From assembly GCA_951406725.2 (NCBI GenBank), contig OX597831.1, positions 5,394,001 to 5,458,000 on the forward strand: a DNA stretch of 64,000 nucleotides, given 5' to 3'. This DNA comes from Octopus vulgaris. Lineage: Eukaryota. Below the pieces are notes generated by a model. That model was not told the origin of the DNA. It saw only the letters and a program-made list of their open reading frames with translations, and searched no databases. How positions within the stretch are numbered: position 1 is the stretch's first letter; every line of letters begins with the position of its first letter. The position numbers and the translations under genes were made by a program. Below are positions 1 to 12,590 of the stretch, piece after piece.

Positions 1-267
1 CCACTCCTGTATGTTTTTTATATAATTCTCATCTGTCTTGCCCCCTAATTGTTCTGGTGTGCGCTGAATTTTCCTCTGGAGAACATTCTTTGTAGGTTGA
101 TCGTTGGTGATCTATTTCTAGCATACGGCTGACTACCTAGTGGTCTTGCCCTTTGAATATACACATGTATTAGAATTTTCTCTGATTTCTCAGATTTTTG
201 TATGCTAGGCTACTGGTTTTAAATTGATGTTAATTAAATTAATATTAATTTATCTCCCTCATTATTT

Positions 268-324
<57 letters not shown>

Positions 325-494
325 TGAACATGTAATTGTATAGGTATGCTTGTGTAAGTACATATATATAGATAGATAGATAGATAGATAGATATTGAAT
401 ATGTGTGCGTATAAGTATGCATCTACCATCTGGCTATACATACATGTGTATACATACATGCATATATATATATACACACACACACACATATTAT

Positions 495-613
495 GTTTGC
501 GGCCATAACACTTTGAAAACACCGGTTCTCGTCCGATCACCGAAGTTAAGCAAAGTCGAGCCTAGTTAGTACTTAGATGGGTGACCGCTTGGGAAACCTA
601 GGTGCTGTAAACG
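495..613 (+). rRNA. 5S rRNA gene or retrocopy, dispersed single copy
   Basis: Sequence GTTTGCGGCCATAACACTTTGAAAACACCGGTTCTCGTCCGATCACCGAAGTTAAGC...TAGTACTTAGATGGGTGACCGCTTGGGAAACCTAGGTGCTGTAAAC follows the metazoan 5S pattern. 5' GTTTGCGGC pairs with 3' GCTGTAAAC; helices ACTTTG/CAAAGT and CCTAG/CTAGG are intact; A-box and C-box-like motifs present. No T4 terminator directly downstream. Confidence 0.9.
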
Positions 614-662
614 TCTTTCTATCTTTCATGGCCGCAGCTTTCGTGCTGAAACACTTTTAAGG

Positions 663-710
<48 letters not shown>

Positions 711-715
<5 letters not shown>

Positions 716-972
716 AAACAAGTCAAAAATAGAAAATGCTAAGATAATTTTATAGTGAATCTTTCAGTACCGGTTTCGGTCATTTTGAGACCTTTTCAAC
801 TGTAACGATTAAATAATTAAATTTAGAAAAATTAGAAGAAAAGTTTTTTTAAAAGAATATTTCTATAGTAGTGTTCAGATATAAGTAGCATTCTGCCTTT
901 CTCTGACTCCCTTGTTTGCACTTATGTGTTCGACCTCGAAAACACATTTTCTATTTTTGACCTGTTTTTTCA
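711..972 (-). mobile_element. Penelope-like short module: inverted repeat bracketing a degenerate hammerhead motif
   Basis: 28-bp inverted repeat at 711-738 and 945-972 (1 mismatch). Minus strand 802-765 reads cag-TTGAAAA-ggtc..gacc-GAAA-ccgg-TA-ctg. Adjacent to (TA)n. Confidence 0.55.
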
Positions 973-1443
973 TATATATCAACTCGTGTGTTCCTTTCCA
1001 CCCTTATACTTATGTCTGCATGCAGGTAGGTAGGTAGGTAGAACTTTGCCATCGTTCGCAAGCGAGCATGACATGATAACTTCAATCACACCTTCGCTAC
1101 TTTAGGTGCTCATGTACTTGGTAGTAGACATCGACAACCACTCCGCCCTTATATACTTGATTCAGGGCAACACCGAGGATGAAGCAGCTGGGATGAGTGA
1201 ACGAAGAGTCGGCTCGTATACAGCTTCCGTAACGTGAAAGGTAATGTCTTGCCCAGGGACTCAGTGTAATGCTCCGTCACGGAATTGAAACCACGGCAGC
1301 TACGTCATCATCATCTACACTCTGTTAGATCTCATGCCATTCCACCTTTCCTCTCTCCTTTCTTATCTTCCTTCCTCTCTTCCTTCTTCTCTCCTTCTCA
1401 CTCTCTCTCCCTGTAGCTCTCTGCACCCTCTTTTCCTGTCTGT

Positions 1444-1526
<83 letters not shown>

Positions 1527-1530
1527 TATT

Positions 1531-1917
1531 GTTGGAAGCACTCAGTCGGTTACGACGACGAGGGTTCCTGTTGATCCGAATCAACGGAACAGCCTGCTCG
1601 TGAAATTAACGTGTAAGTGGCTGAGCACTCCACAGACACGTGTACCCTTAACGTAGTTCTAGGGGATATTCAGCGTGACACAGAGAGTGACAAGGCCGGC
1701 CCTTTGAAATACAGGTACAACATAAGCAGGAAGTAAGAGTGAGAGAAAGTTGTGGTGAAAGAGTACAGCAGGGATCACCACCATCCCCTGCCGGAGCCTC
1801 GTGGAGCTTTAAGTGTTTTCGCTCAATAAACATTCACAACGCCCTGTCTGGGAATCGAAACCGCGATCCTATGACCGCGAGTCCGCTGCTCTAACCACTG
1901 GGCCATTGCGCCTCCAC
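1531..1917 (-). mobile_element. tRNA-derived SINE (family D), near full length
   Basis: Minus-strand head GGAGGCGCAATGGCCCAGTGGTTAGAGCAGCGGACTCGCGG...GGTTTCGATTCC has Pol III A/B boxes, followed by about 300 bp of body and tail. Confidence 0.75.
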
Positions 1918-2431
1918 ACATTTCTTGTGCCTTGTAATGGACTATTAATTCAGGAGAGATAATCATTTCTTCATAGTATTTGGTGGGATTAGAAGTTTGA
2001 ATTTCAAATTAAGGAACAGACAAGCGTGCGTATGCGTGTTGTGTAGTAGTAGTAGTAGTAGTAGTAGTAGGTGAATCGGGATATATAATCCGGGCGTTTA
2101 TGTCATGAAGCACTTCCACGGACGATGGATATCCGAAAATTGAAAATTAAGGTTCTCTTAAGACGCCGCTACACCATTAATCCGAAAATTCTACAAAACA
2201 AAGGCATAAATGGTTTTTGGCAAGATTGCTAAGGCAGTTAGCTTATTGTTTTTTTTTTGCAGCGTTCAGACGAGTTTGATTTCGACATGGGCTGTCAAGG
2301 AAAGATTGCAGAGTGTATGGAAATAAACTAGTAGTTTTCAACATGCTAACAACATATTGCAAGATTTGTTTAATGTGGATCAATGAAACAATTGTAAACT
2401 AAGCAATAAACTCCATTCTTCGACACTTTTA

Positions 2432-2470
<39 letters not shown>

Positions 2471-2492
2471 TATATTTATCTACCTATCTATC

Positions 2493-2527
<35 letters not shown>

Positions 2528-2561
2528 AACTTACTTGGGAATGCATGCGAGGCTTTCGATC

Positions 2562-2613
<52 letters not shown>

Positions 2614-2657
2614 CATATATATATAATCTGCATATATACATGCATATATGTACATAC

Positions 2658-2702
<45 letters not shown>

Positions 2703-2704
2703 TG

Positions 2705-2970
2705 CGTGTATGAGTACAGGATGTCAAAAAGACGTGAACAAAATGAAAAACGAGAACATATAAAAACAAAAACATGGAAAATGAACTTTTTTTCGGACAA
2801 CGAAAGAAACAAATAGAGAAACGAGAGAGGCAAAATAAAGAATATTCCCCTTCATCAGTTGTCCCCTGTTTTATCTACTCCACGTTTCGAAGGTTGGGAC
2901 AAGACGCGACTCCGTTAAAACAGTCCTTCCCTCAAAGCAAATTAAATAAAATTTGGCATTTTTGCGGACA
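2705..2970 (-). repeat. unclassified microsatellite-embedded interspersed repeat (family E)
   Basis: Shares GTCCTGTACCCATATATGCATG-like end and GACAACTGATGAAGG core with copies at about 5820-6130 (-), 39940-40090 (+) and 40120-40305 (+). Confidence 0.6.
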
Positions 2971-3630
2971 CACATACATATACAAACACATACATACACA
3001 CACACACGTATGTTTGTATGTATGTATGTATGTACGTATGTATGTATGTATGTATGTATGTATGTATGTATGTATGTGCGTGCACAATGTTCTTGAAGTT
3101 CAGCAATTGTCTTCCTCGGAGTGGACGGCCATCATGTATGTATAGACATATGGATAGATATCATTTAGCATTATAACAAACGGGAATTATTGTTTGGGAC
3201 CGCTTAGCTTAATAGTACAGAGAGATACAGAGTTCGTTTCTCTGTAGCCACCTGCTGACAACTCTTTTTCCGACTTCTAGGAGTATTACCCAATTTCCTA
3301 GGTTGCTTTCACAGCTCTTCCGCATTCAAGACTTATTTTCTGTAAATTACCAACCCGCCTGGCGCTTCTAAATTTGTTTATAAAAATGTTGTATATTTGT
3401 ATAAGCATGTATGTCTATATAAGGAGTTAGAAAGAGAAAGTGAATGGTAGGAAATAATTCCACTAACAGAGGTCGTCCTCCGTTCTATTGTTGATAGTTT
3501 TATAGTGAACTTTGGAAGATTCAAACCATCACAGTGTGTTGTAGTTTTATCCATCCTTGATAAGAATTTTTCGACTGTGTTTTAGGGGAAGAGATAAAGG
3601 AATTGGTCAAAATAGAGGGAGAAGGGGGCC

Positions 3631-3665
<35 letters not shown>

Positions 3666-3865
3666 TTTGAGTGCATTTAGAAAATGACACAATCGTATAA
3701 AGTGTAGGGAGGAGGCGATATTTCCGTAGAGTTGGGGGGAGGTAGGTAAATGTGAGTCAAGGGACTAAGTGGTTGGATATATTTAGAAAAGAGGTGTGGT
3801 GATGGTAAAAGAACAAGGTGGTGGAAGGATAAGCAGGTAGAACAGAATAAAAGACATAGAGAGAG

Positions 3866-4105
3866 CGTAGGAGTGGCTGTGTGGTAAGTAGCTTGCTTGT
3901 TTGTCTGTGTTTGTCCCCCCAACATCGCCTGACAACCGATGCTGGTGTGTTTACGTCCCCGTAACTTAGCGGTTCGGCAAAAAAGAGACCGATAAAATGA
4001 GTACTAGGCTTACAAAGAATAAGTCCTGGGGTCGATTTGATCGACTAAAGGCAGTGCTCCAGCATGGCCACAGTCACATGACTGAAACAAGTAAAAGAGT
4101 AAAAG
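3866..4105 (+). mobile_element. tRNA-derived SINE family B, internally deleted copy
   Basis: Head GGAGTGGCTGTGTGGTAAGTAGCTTGC joined to the 3' module ...GGGGTCGATTTG..CGACTAAAGGC.GTGCTCCAGCATGGCCACAGTC..ATGACTGAAACAAGTAAAAGAG. Confidence 0.8.
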
Positions 4106-4191
4106 AGAGAGGGAGAGAGATACATACATACATAGACCGTGAGAGACAGGGAAGACTTAAAGAATAAGATAGCCAAGTATGTGGTTGTATG

Positions 4192-4231
<40 letters not shown>

Positions 4232-4340
4232 TGTATGTATGTATATATATACATATATATATATGTGCATGTATGTATATATATGCATGTATGTATCTAT
4301 CAATCTATCTTTATATATATATATACACACACACATACAC

Positions 4341-4376
<36 letters not shown>

Positions 4377-4396
4377 CAAAGTATCAAAGTATCAAA

Positions 4397-4442
<46 letters not shown>

Positions 4443-5183
4443 TTTAAATAGTTTTAATTTAGCTTTAATCATAGCAAAGTCTTATAATAATAGTTAATTA
4501 CAAGTATACATTTATTAGTTCTTATTTAATAAATTTAATGTTTTTATTAGTCACTGGTAAGTTTACATTATAGCTTGTAAGGTTAATGATATATATTAAT
4601 GAGTATGTAGTGTTTTTTTTTATTATTAACTTTTGAATTATGAAATAATGTGTTTCACTCATAATTATATTATTCATTATATTCAATCGTGTTTTGTTTT
4701 GGAGAGAATTGAAATAAAGCTTTCACTTTCTGTTATTATAGTAGTAACTATGGAAGACCAGTGGGATTATTATTTGTATGGACTTAAAGCTTGGTCGCTA
4801 TTTAGTATATGATTTAGTTATTGTAGGTTTAATATTAATACCGATACGTAGATTTATGTGTTTCTTGTTTTAGTTTGATTTTAAAGTTAGTGTTTAATCC
4901 TGTCTATATTTTATTGAATGCTGTTGTACATTGGGTAAATGTGTTTGAAGGATGTGTGTGTTTTTTTTTTGGGGGGGGGCGTATGTTTGTTTCCAAACAG
5001 CACTTTTTTAGTGCTGTTGACACTGTCGGGTTGAATGGTACTGCCAAGATGTCGAAACCATAATGATATCCGTGGGGCAGCTGATGATGGAGGTATGTTT
5101 GATGGTTGGTATGGCTGTTTTTGTACGTGTGGAATAGTGTTATAACACATCCTTTTGATATATATATATATATTTATTTATTC

Positions 5184-5393
5184 ATATTATATAGAGGGTA
5201 CTATTATTCATAGGTACCGCACGGTAGGAGGGACTTTTGCAGTCAAAACTACTAAAATAAACAAATTGTACCGAATGCAAAACTTCAAAGCATTCGTTTA
5301 TTTTAGTAGTTTTTGTTTATTTTAGTAGTTTTGACTGCAAGAGTCCCTCCTACCGTGCGGTACCTATGAATAATAGTACCCTCTATATAATAT
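5184..5393. repeat. long inverted repeat, 82-bp arms with 46-bp spacer
   Basis: 5184-5265 is the reverse complement of 5312-5393 with one mismatch. Confidence 0.9.
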
Positions 5394-5522
5394 AAATAAA
5401 TATTTTCAAAGTGGAAAAATTTACGGATTTTTTTCTCTTGCGAGGTTTTTCACGCTAACTACTGATAATTTCTTATAAAGATTTTATCCTTAATTTTAAA
5501 TATATACATATATATATATATA

Positions 5523-5578
<56 letters not shown>

Positions 5579-5628
5579 GGTCCCGGGTTGAGTCGGGGTT
5601 AACCACAGTAAATAAGGTACTCAATACA

Positions 5629-5677
5629 GCTTCCTGATGATTTCTTTTGAATGAAACAGTTCTAGTCCTGTAGAAGC
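5629..5677 (+). ncRNA. type I hammerhead ribozyme motif
   Basis: gcttc-CTGATGA-tttcttttgaat-GAAA-cag(ttctagtc)ctg-TA-gaagc. Stem I 5 bp, all core nucleotides, closed stem III, GUA cleavage triplet. First stem II pair is a U.U mismatch. Confidence 0.75.
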
Positions 5678-5760
5678 CCCTTCTATATAATAAAATATAT
5701 ATATATACATACATACATAGATATACTTGGAAATGAATGCGTGGCGTTCAATCATATGAT

Positions 5761-5826
<66 letters not shown>

Positions 5827-6363
5827 TATATGGGTACAGGACGTCACAAAACGTAAGCAATACGAAATACGAAAACAGGAAATACGAAGACAAACTTGGG
5901 TAGCGAACATCGAGAGAAACAAATGGAAAACAAAACAAATAACATAAAGAACGACCCTTCGTCAGTTGTCGGTTGTCCATCTACTCCCGCGAACCAAAAT
6001 AAAATTTGGAATTTGCGGAGTGTCAAAGTTGGTAACAAAAACAGGACAATGGTGACATACAACAAACCAAGCGATAAAGAAATATGGAGGGTCGTTAAGC
6101 CAGATGAGGTAAGGTAGCGAACGCTGGAGGAATATACAAGGTAAAATCCATATAGATATGATTACCTGAAATTGAATATTTGAATATATGCATACACACA
6201 TATATATGTTAATATGAGCGAGTGTATGTGTGTGTGTGTGTGTTTTGAAATGTTACAAATGTACATTTTTAGCATATGATATTTTACTAAGGTCTCTAAT
6301 TTAGTCAGTGAATTTCGTCCTATGAATATGCCAACAGTGATAACTACATTATACATACATGTG

Positions 6364-6412
<49 letters not shown>

Positions 6413-6423
<11 letters not shown>

Positions 6424-6969
6424 TAAATCCGTTCTGTCTGTCTGTGTGTGTCTTCTCGGATCTCGGGCATCCTCCATCCGATTGCGCTAAAATTTGATAT
6501 GTAGATACCGACGGTATCAGGGCGTGTATAAGTATTGAAAAAATTACAAAAATCGATTCCAGATGAGAATGCGATCGATAAAGCCGTTTTTGTCCTGCTT
6601 TTCTTCCATCAAACAGTACATAACTGCACCTTCCATTTTTTGGTGTTTTTGTACTGCTTAAAGGCACGTTTCTTTCCTGCCAAGCTTACTGTTTAAACCA
6701 TGTTTGTGTTCTCCCAGTCAACAGTCTTATCATTACTGGTACTTTAAACTCTTCGGTTGCATATTTGTGGGAATAAAATCGTTTTTTTTTTTGGAATAGA
6801 AAAAAGTCTATCATTATTTCTTTTTTTTTGCTGGTGTCTCAAATTTAAGTTAAATCAGTGTTTCTCAAAGGGGAGGCCTATGGGACGGGCGGACAAGTTG
6901 TTTAGCGAAAATTTAGTTTAAATGTTTGACAACTCAGCACCGTCCATTGGATGGGGGGCGTTTTGCTTG
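6413..6969 (+). mobile_element. non-autonomous Helitron/Helentron-like element
   Basis: 5' TATATTAAA followed by a (CTGT)n/(GT)n tract and a CCGATT..AAATTTG motif; 3' hairpin CCGTCCATTGGATGG followed by CTTG|T. Confidence 0.5.
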
Positions 6970-6989
6970 TATAATATATATAATATATA

Positions 6990-7165
6990 GAAAGAATTCA
7001 CAAAAAGAAGCAAAAGACGAAGACGGGTGGTGTAGACAACAAACAGATGTTTTAGTTTAACGCTCGAGAAGTGAAAAAGTCTTTAACGTTTCGATCCTAT
7101 ACTCTTCCACAGAAAGGAACACAGAAAGAAACAAGGAGAGAGAATAAAGAATGTGTAGTGGTTAA
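6990..7165 (-). mobile_element. TA-embedded Penelope-like module with degenerate hammerhead (family F)
   Basis: Homologous to 11495-11672. Minus strand 7116-7081 reads cttt-CTGTGGAA-gag..tc-GAAA-cg-TT-aaag. Confidence 0.5.
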
Positions 7166-7205
<40 letters not shown>

Positions 7206-8099
7206 TATACATGTACGCGTGAGGAGGCGTCGTGTGTATCTGCATAATTAACTATTCGCAATAACACGTTAACACGTGTTGTGTAACAAAAATAATACAA
7301 AAAAATGAAAAGAGAAGTGGTGCCTCTTCCAATATCTCCAACACTGGAACATTCGCGTCTTCTCCGCCTCCCCCCACCTCACTCCGTCCCAATCACACAA
7401 CAACAACAACGACAACAACGACAACAAAATATACAACAACACAAAAGTAATAACGAAGAAGAAGGTGAAGTGATAGGCAAAAGGATATCAACTCCATGAA
7501 AATATATGTGCATATCAAATAGTTGAGGGGGTGGGGTGGAGTGGTGGGGGCGTGGGGGGCGTGGGGAAGGCAGAAGCTGAATAACCCCTTTGATATCAGC
7601 TTCGGCTGAATCACCAGATTTGGTCGCCATTTTCTTGACGTTTTTTGTCTACAGTTCTTCTTCATCACGATCTTCGTCATCGTCATCGTCATCATCGTCA
7701 TCACCATCATCATCATCATTATCATCACTATCGTTATTATCTTCTTTATCATCTTTTTCTCTTTCTCTCCCTCTTCTTCTCTACTCTTTCCCTTGTTCTT
7801 CGCCAATACAACCACCACCACCATCACCACCGTAACCACTCTCATCATCAGCATCAGCGTCATCACCTACCTTCTTTCCAACTTTCTTTCCTACCTTCCT
7901 TCCTTCCTTCCTTCTTTCCTTCCTTTCTTTCTTCCTTCCTTATTTCCCTTCTACCTTTCTTTCGCAACATAATACGAGACAAGTGTTTCCTTTATATGTT
8001 ACATACTTCCATTATATCCAGGGACTTTTACAATATTTTTCCCTTCGCTGCCAGGTTCTCCACTCCTTTCTCTTTTCGGAAAGGCAGTAAGGGGTTAAG

Positions 8100-8146
<47 letters not shown>

Positions 8147-8591
8147 TTGAGAGAGAGAAAGAGAGAGTGAGATACATAAAAGATACATGTATACGCATGT
8201 ATGCAAATGTATATCTATACATGCTCACATCTATGAACGTATATATAGATGTTTACATATATATGTATGTGTGTGTATATATGTATCTGTGTGTGCATAC
8301 ATATACATACCTATATATATATGTGTGTATGCATTATGCATATATATGAATATATGTGTATGCATATAGGTATATATGTATGTATATATATATATATATG
8401 TATGTATGTATATATGTATGTATATATATATATGTATGTATATATGTATGTATATGTGTATATATATATATAAGTGTATGTATATATGTATATGTGTATA
8501 TATATATATATATATGTGTATGTATATATGTATATGTGTATGTAAATATGTATATGTGTATATATATATGTATGTATGTATATATGTATAT

Positions 8592-8648
<57 letters not shown>

Positions 8649-9211
8649 CGTATTGTACGTATGTGTCAATGTATATAAGTATTTTTGTGCCTATATTTTT
8701 AACGTATCTATTTTGTTGTTGCTTCTAGCGGTGTCTTTCGTTCGTTCGTTCGTCGTTTGTTATTTTCAATTTGTTATTGTTGTTGGTGTTGTAGATATTT
8801 TTTTCTGGTTATTTATTTTTATTTCTATTTGTATTTATTTTTTTTCTTTCCTTTTTCTTTCTTAATTCATTCCACGTTTTATCTACGGAGGGTTGAGGTT
8901 CGTGTGTAAGGAGCGGATCAAAACTGTAGCAATAGTATTTATTGTGCTGTCACTTTTGGACTAAGGTAAGGCAAGCATGAAGAACGAGAAAAAGGGACAA
9001 CCCCCCACCCCCACCCCGCCAACACCTCGCCCACTCCCAACCACAGATCCTACCCCCGGGGAGTTAAAACAGGAAAAGGAAAAAAAAAAATACACGAACA
9101 AAGAATCAATGAATTCCAAATATAAACAACACAAGGATAGTAAATAGTTCCTGTGGTGCACACGGATGTCTATATACATGTGTGCGTGTGCATGTGCATA
9201 TATATTCGTAC

Positions 9212-9258
<47 letters not shown>

Positions 9259-9294
9259 ATATATACATATATATGTATATATACATACATACAT

Positions 9295-9330
<36 letters not shown>

Positions 9331-10043
9331 CATACACATATATATACATACACATATATATACATACATATATATATATATATACATACACATATATATA
9401 CATACATATATATATATATATATATACATACATACATATATATATATATATACATACACATATATATACATACACATATATATACATACATATATATATA
9501 TACATACATACACATATATATACATACACATATATATATATATATATATATACATACATACATATATATATACATATACATACATATACATATATATATA
9601 TATATATATATACATACATATATATGTATGTATGTATGTACTTACGTGCGTGTGCTGTTATAATACATGTACACGTTATATATATGTATATATATATATA
9701 TATATATCATGCGTATACATAAATACACATCTGTACATACATAAATTCACATGCATATACTCATGTATATACATATATGTATGTATGTATGCATGAACGT
9801 ATGCTTATACGCATACGTACACATGTATATATAAATATATATATATATGTATGTGTATTTACCTACGTATATATCACGTCCACGTGCACACATATATGTA
9901 ATTTTATACATACGTACACAAACATATTTGCATATACATGTGTGTGTATATGTGAATATGTGTGTATATGCATGTGTATATGCACATGTATATATATGTA
10001 TATATACATATATATACATACACACACATATATACATAGACAC

Positions 10044-10091
<48 letters not shown>

Positions 10092-10271
10092 GCATATACA
10101 CATTCACACACGCATATACACATGGATATTCATACATACACAAAAGTTGTTATATCTGCATATGTTTGCATATAGGTATATATATGTGTGTGCATGTTCG
10201 TATATATGTGTGTGTGCATGTGTGTATATATGTGTGTGTGCATGTATATATATATATGTGTGTGTGTGCAT

Positions 10272-10304
<33 letters not shown>

Positions 10305-10310
10305 CGTGTG
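8100..10310. repeat. compound (TA)n/(TG)n/(CA)n microsatellite fields
   Basis: Long degenerate dinucleotide tracts interrupted by short unique islands; source of the YI/CV/HT-rich ORFs. Confidence 0.95.
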
Positions 10311-10929
10311 AGTAGAGATAAGGGTGAGAGATGGACAGTATATTCACTTGAGACTTTGAGAGAGAGAGGGAGGGAGAGAAAGAGAAAGATAGAAGGGAGA
10401 GGGGGAGAGAGAGTAAGTGAGAAGCAGAAAGAGAGGGGTGGTTTGTTCTGGCAGATAGACAGAGAAGTATAACATAGTGTTGGAATAACATTTTATCAAA
10501 CAAGTGACATTCTGACAAATGAATCGTGTTCAATCTATGCCTAGATCTGTTGTATTGGTTAAAAGACAGAAGCAGGGGGTGGGAGGGGTTGTGAGAAGAA
10601 ACACACACACTCACACACACGCTCGCACGCACGCACGCACGCACGCACGTACGCTTGTACGGATGCACGTACGCTTGTACGGATGCACGTAAGCACACAC
10701 ACACACGTAAAAACGACAGAATCGAAGATAAACTGCCAACTAGAAACTAGGAGTAAGGAAAGAGAGTTGGAAAGAGAAGTGGAATGAGGGAGAGCGGGAG
10801 AGAGAGAGAGAGAGAGATGCTGAGAAAGGGAGAGAAGAGTAGATGGAATCAACTGAGGGCTGGGCTGTCGTGGAATAACTTGTAGGATAGATAAATGTGC
10901 ATTTAAAACTGTCAACTGTATATACTTTC

Positions 10930-11122
10930 ATAGATAGGTAGACAGATAGATATGGATAGAGATAGATAGATAGATATAGCTAGAAGTAGATGGATAGATA
11001 TAGATAGATAAATATGGATATAGACAGACAGACATATAGATAGATAGATAGAAATAGATGGATAGATATAGATAGATAGAAGGATAGATATAGATAGAAT
11101 AATATGGATATAGACAGACATG

Positions 11123-11164
<42 letters not shown>
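10930..11164. repeat. (GATA)n microsatellite
   Basis: Direct inspection; a complementary (TCTA)n tract lies at 12305-12590. Confidence 0.95.
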
Positions 11165-11165
<1 letters not shown>

Positions 11166-11494
11166 GTTTCTTTATTGGCCACACAGGGCTGCACGCAGAT
11201 GGGACAAGTTACAAGGTAGAGCTTTTCTTTTGGGGGGATGAAAAAAACAAAAAACAAAAGAAACAAAAAAAAGGGGTGGCGTAGGTTTTCGATCAAGAGG
11301 GATCGTAAAAGGGAAGAAAAGAACAAAAAAAAAAAAAAATAAAAAATAAAAAATAAAAATAAAAAAAGAAAGAAAAGGAAAAGGAACAAAAGAAAAGAGA
11401 AATGAAAAAAGAAGATAGATAGATAGATAGAAAGGGAGGCAGGTAGGTGGGTACATAGATATAATACACTGAAGCATAATTGTCATAGCCACTA

Positions 11495-11672
11495 ACCCTT
11501 TCTTTATTTTCTCTCTCATTTTATTCTCTCTTTCTGTTTATTTCTGTGTTCCTTTCTGTTGAAGAGCGTAGGCTCGAAACGTAAAAGACTTTCTCACTTC
11601 CCCAGCGTTAAACTAATACATCTGTTTGTTGTTTACACACCGGTCTTCGTCTTTCTTGTGTAAATTCCTACT
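11495..11672 (+). mobile_element. Penelope-like module with variant hammerhead (family F)
   Basis: 11552-11587 reads cttt-CTGTTGAA-gagc(gtag)gctc-GAAA-cg-TA-aaag. Stems intact, core A6 substituted. Confidence 0.55.
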
Positions 11673-12303
11673 ATATGGATGTATATATGTGTGTGTTTGT
11701 GTGTGTGTGTGTGTGTGTTTGTGTATCAGGTTAGGAGATATGAGATGTATATGTATTTATTTAAACATGTGATTATCTGTAGGATTACAGCCGTTTCGCA
11801 ACCTTTTTCATGAACTATTGATTTCAATATGGAAAAAATTATGCATACATGTTTGTATTAATATGTATACTCAGCATTGTATACTCACAAATTAATGCAA
11901 ATAAAGAAAGCTAGCGCATCAGATCACCAGAACATTATGATTACGTCAACAAATCAACTCTAAACACACACATAAAATTCATTCTTTAAATGCACAATGT
12001 ATGGACTTTCGGAGCTGGACAAAATTACATTGATTTCGTCAGTGAGAGATATGCATCGGGAGAAAGATATATTGTGCTGCTATTATTACAGAAAAAGATT
12101 TTCTCGCTCACGAATTAATTAAGAAATGCACTATGCTTGAGTTAGACACAGTAATAATAAAAAAAAAAGTTAAAGTAAAAATGAAATAACAGGTAACATA
12201 AAAATAAAATTAAAATATTTAAATGGTATAACCAAATGATATAGATTTGTTTTTACTGAAGTAATTACACAGATAGGCAAATAGGTGAGAAAATAAATGG
12301 TGA

Positions 12304-12335
<32 letters not shown>

Positions 12336-12541
12336 GATCTATCTATCTATCCATCCATCTCTCTATTTATCCATCTATCTAGATATCTATTTATCCATCT
12401 ATCTATCTATCTATCAATTTATCTATCCATCTATCCATCTATCTATCTATCTATTTATCAATCTATCTATCTACCTATCTACCTATTTATCAATCTATCT
12501 ATCCATCATCTATCTATCTATCCATCTACCTATCTACCTAT

Positions 12542-12590
<49 letters not shown>

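Noticed and set aside
2845-2895. GAAA...CTGATGA in family E as a type II hammerhead
   Set aside because: Stem I and the cleavage triplet cannot be formed convincingly.
8231-10311. Many 100-200 aa ORFs rich in YI/CV/HT (also at 14.5, 24, 26, 37 and 56-58 kb, and the 373-aa ORF at 31581-32702)
   Set aside because: Translations of dinucleotide microsatellites that lack stop codons; no domain-like content.
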